This document shows positions 61,900 through 64,000 of a stretch of 64,000 nt of DNA, piece by piece. The first letter of the stretch is position 1. The number at the start of each line of letters is the position of its first letter. The DNA is from Phallusia mammillata (taxonomy: Eukaryota), in contig OZ281499.1 in assembly GCA_965637545.1 (NCBI GenBank), positions 434,001 through 498,000 of the forward strand, in the 5' to 3' direction. A program made the position numbers and the translations under genes. The notes beneath the pieces were generated by a model. The model worked only from the letters and a program-made list of their open reading frames with translations. It ran no database searches and was not told the DNA's origin.

Positions 61900-62908
61900 C
61901 CCAACGTCTAAGTGAGTTTTCAATGTATTAAGCAACATTCGTCGTGTTGATAAATTGATACAGAGGTTGTACCGGGGCGACTGTGGGCTGGCAAACTGGC
62001 TGGGGAGGAGGGGGAGGTTTGAAGGCATTTTCCCCAGTCAGGTGTCTTTCACGGCTGGCCAAACAAGGTTCTCAGCTCCGGACATTTCCCGAGCCCAGGC
62101 ACGTTCGGTATACAAGGTACGATGGATGGACGATGGGCGATGGCAATTAATAAACGCCACGCCACATTTCGCTTGCGAGAAATCACGGAAGCCACAAGCT
62201 TCAAAGCGATAATCTTAATTGTTATAGTTGGGCGGGTGGCTGTGGCGCAGATCTGCCACATCCAGTTCAGTTTGTGGTTGATTCTCAAGGTAAGGTATTT
62301 CAGTTCAGTCTAGAGGCAACTTAGAAGCAACAAAATTGTCAGCTAAGAAACTATACGTGAAAATATATTAGCTATTGCTGGCAGGCAAAATATCAAGTTT
62401 ATAGAGCTCTTTTGGCAAATGGATTTCTATTCCGACGTTTCAGTGTTATTTACCCTAAAGAAGGCGACCTTTATAGGACGTCGAAAAGTCGATTAAAAAT
62501 ACATTTGCCAGAAGACCCCCATATACTACCTGAAAATGTGTTTTGTGATCGAAGTTGAAAGTTTTTTTTTGCACCGCTGTGTTACGAAGCTTATTCAAGG
62601 GGCTTCCAGCTTTCTTGCTGAGGTGTAATCCGCCGCAAAGCGCCTTCGATAATTCTGTTACCGCGTTTTGCCGTGCAAGCCGCGCAAGCGTAAAATTGTT
62701 GACGTGCGCGAGAAGTTTTTGCACCGAAGCTGAAAATGCGCAACCACTAATATTCGCGGCTCCAAACTTGTGGTGGATTCAAGGGAAAATGAATCAGTGA
62801 AACTCGTAAGGAAAATTCCTAGCAATGCCCGGGTTCAGTATTATGTAGTGTACAAACGCAATTGTTCGCAATTTAAAGTCGGTTTCCCAACCAGCTTTCT
62901 GCCCTTGA

Positions 62909-63260
62909 CCCTTAACCGCGATTATAGCCACAAAAAAATGTCAAAGTATGTTCAAAAAATATTAAGTCGAATTTGGAAAACACTTCTAAACCCGCTTAAT
63001 ATAACTTGTAACGCGTTTTACGCCACAAATAGAGCCGATCGTCATAACTTCGGGGCCATGTTTTCGAGCTTGGTGCCCTTAACCGCTATAATAGCCTTAC
63101 AAGAATGTCAAAGTATGTTCAAAAATATATTTGGAGTCATTTCTGAAACCACTGTCGCTCATAACTGCATTTCTTGTTAGGGAACCCGCTTAACATGACA
63201 TGTAACGAATTTTACGCCACAAATATGGAGAGCCGGCCGTCGGTTCTCGGGGCCACTTTG
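62909..63260 (+). repeat. Diverged tandem duplication of a ~165-185 bp unit
   Basis: cccttaaccgc...aatgtcaaagtatgttcaaaaa...aacccgcttaa...ttttacgccacaaata...tcggggcca occurs twice (starts ~62909 and ~63076). Confidence 0.8.
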
Positions 63261-64000
63261 TGTATGATGAGTTTTCCTGGTTTTGACAAGTGTCACTTCC
63301 GCGGGTCAAAGCTTCAAAACATCGCAGACGAATTTCGACAAAACTTAAAGAGTCGCGGGTTTTGGGTCGCGAAGTTTGAGGCAGGAAATAAGTGGAATGG
63401 AAACAAGGTCGCGTGTTCGGCGGGGTAATTCGCTCCGGAATCCGGCAGAACGGTGAAGGGTCGCGCGGTGAGCTTTGATTTCGCGCCGACAGTGATTGAA
63501 TCAGCCACCAACCTCGAAAAAACCTGAAATTCGTTCCTTGCCGAGGCCGCGTGTGTTTGATTTTGGGGATTCTCATTTGGTCAGACAGCAGCCACTATTT
63601 GATATTTCTTCGGTCTGTGTATGTTTCTGTCCGCACACAAAGCACGACGGGGTGAAAGATAGGGGGAGGGGTAAACAAGTCACCCGACCCACCCACATGT
63701 CGCCCCATTCATGAGCGGTAACCATAACGACCCAGCGGGTACGCCGTTAGATTCGAGTCAGCAAAACTTTTATAAAATATTTCGAATTTGACTCATCATA
63801 ATTTTTTTCGTCAAGCTGCTTTTAACTGAGTCAAGTCTGATGTTGGTAGATTTAACTCCCCCATAAAATAACAACGTTAAAACACAAAAACAATGGTAAT
63901 GTTCACGATTTTATTGACTATTTCCGACAGGATTTTAGTTGAAGCAAACCCCCCGTTGAAAGAATAAACGAAATATATTAAAGTAGATAACCGCAACAAT

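Noticed and set aside
61955-62212. SH3-like WLGRRGRFEGIFPSQV on the plus strand
   Set aside because: The rest of the SH3 pattern and any flanking exons are missing; likely chance.

Overview
AT-rich, intron-containing animal genomic DNA, not prokaryotic. The many ~55-70 nt introns, an LRR-less LDLa-GPCR and the TE content suggest an ascidian/tunicate (inference). From left to right: (1) 1-7 kb is a graveyard of TE remnants, duplicated segments and a broken ANKAR-like ARM-repeat gene; (2) an apparently intact 16-exon, ~1,070-aa LDLa-repeat/7TM receptor gene (-, 7750-20477). One intron holds a 122-bp satellite, another holds a three-level nest of DNA transposons whose middle member has CTCF-like motifs in both TIRs, and a kB/CRE-like minisatellite lies ~1.2 kb upstream; (3) an intronless phosphoglucomutase (+); (4) a convergent TACC gene (-) with a 6.16-kb exon carrying 13 DDPNxDPF motifs; (5) a 2.7-kb Sola2-like foldback element; (6) ARL6/BBS3 (-) with a ~17-aa insert; (7) ~15.7 kb with no recognisable gene, rich in MITEs and TF-like motifs. 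Several Penelope-type minimal hammerhead ribozyme motifs are scattered through the window. Exon boundaries were traced by hand and may be off by a few bases. Protein and TE family calls come from motif recognition, not from database searches.
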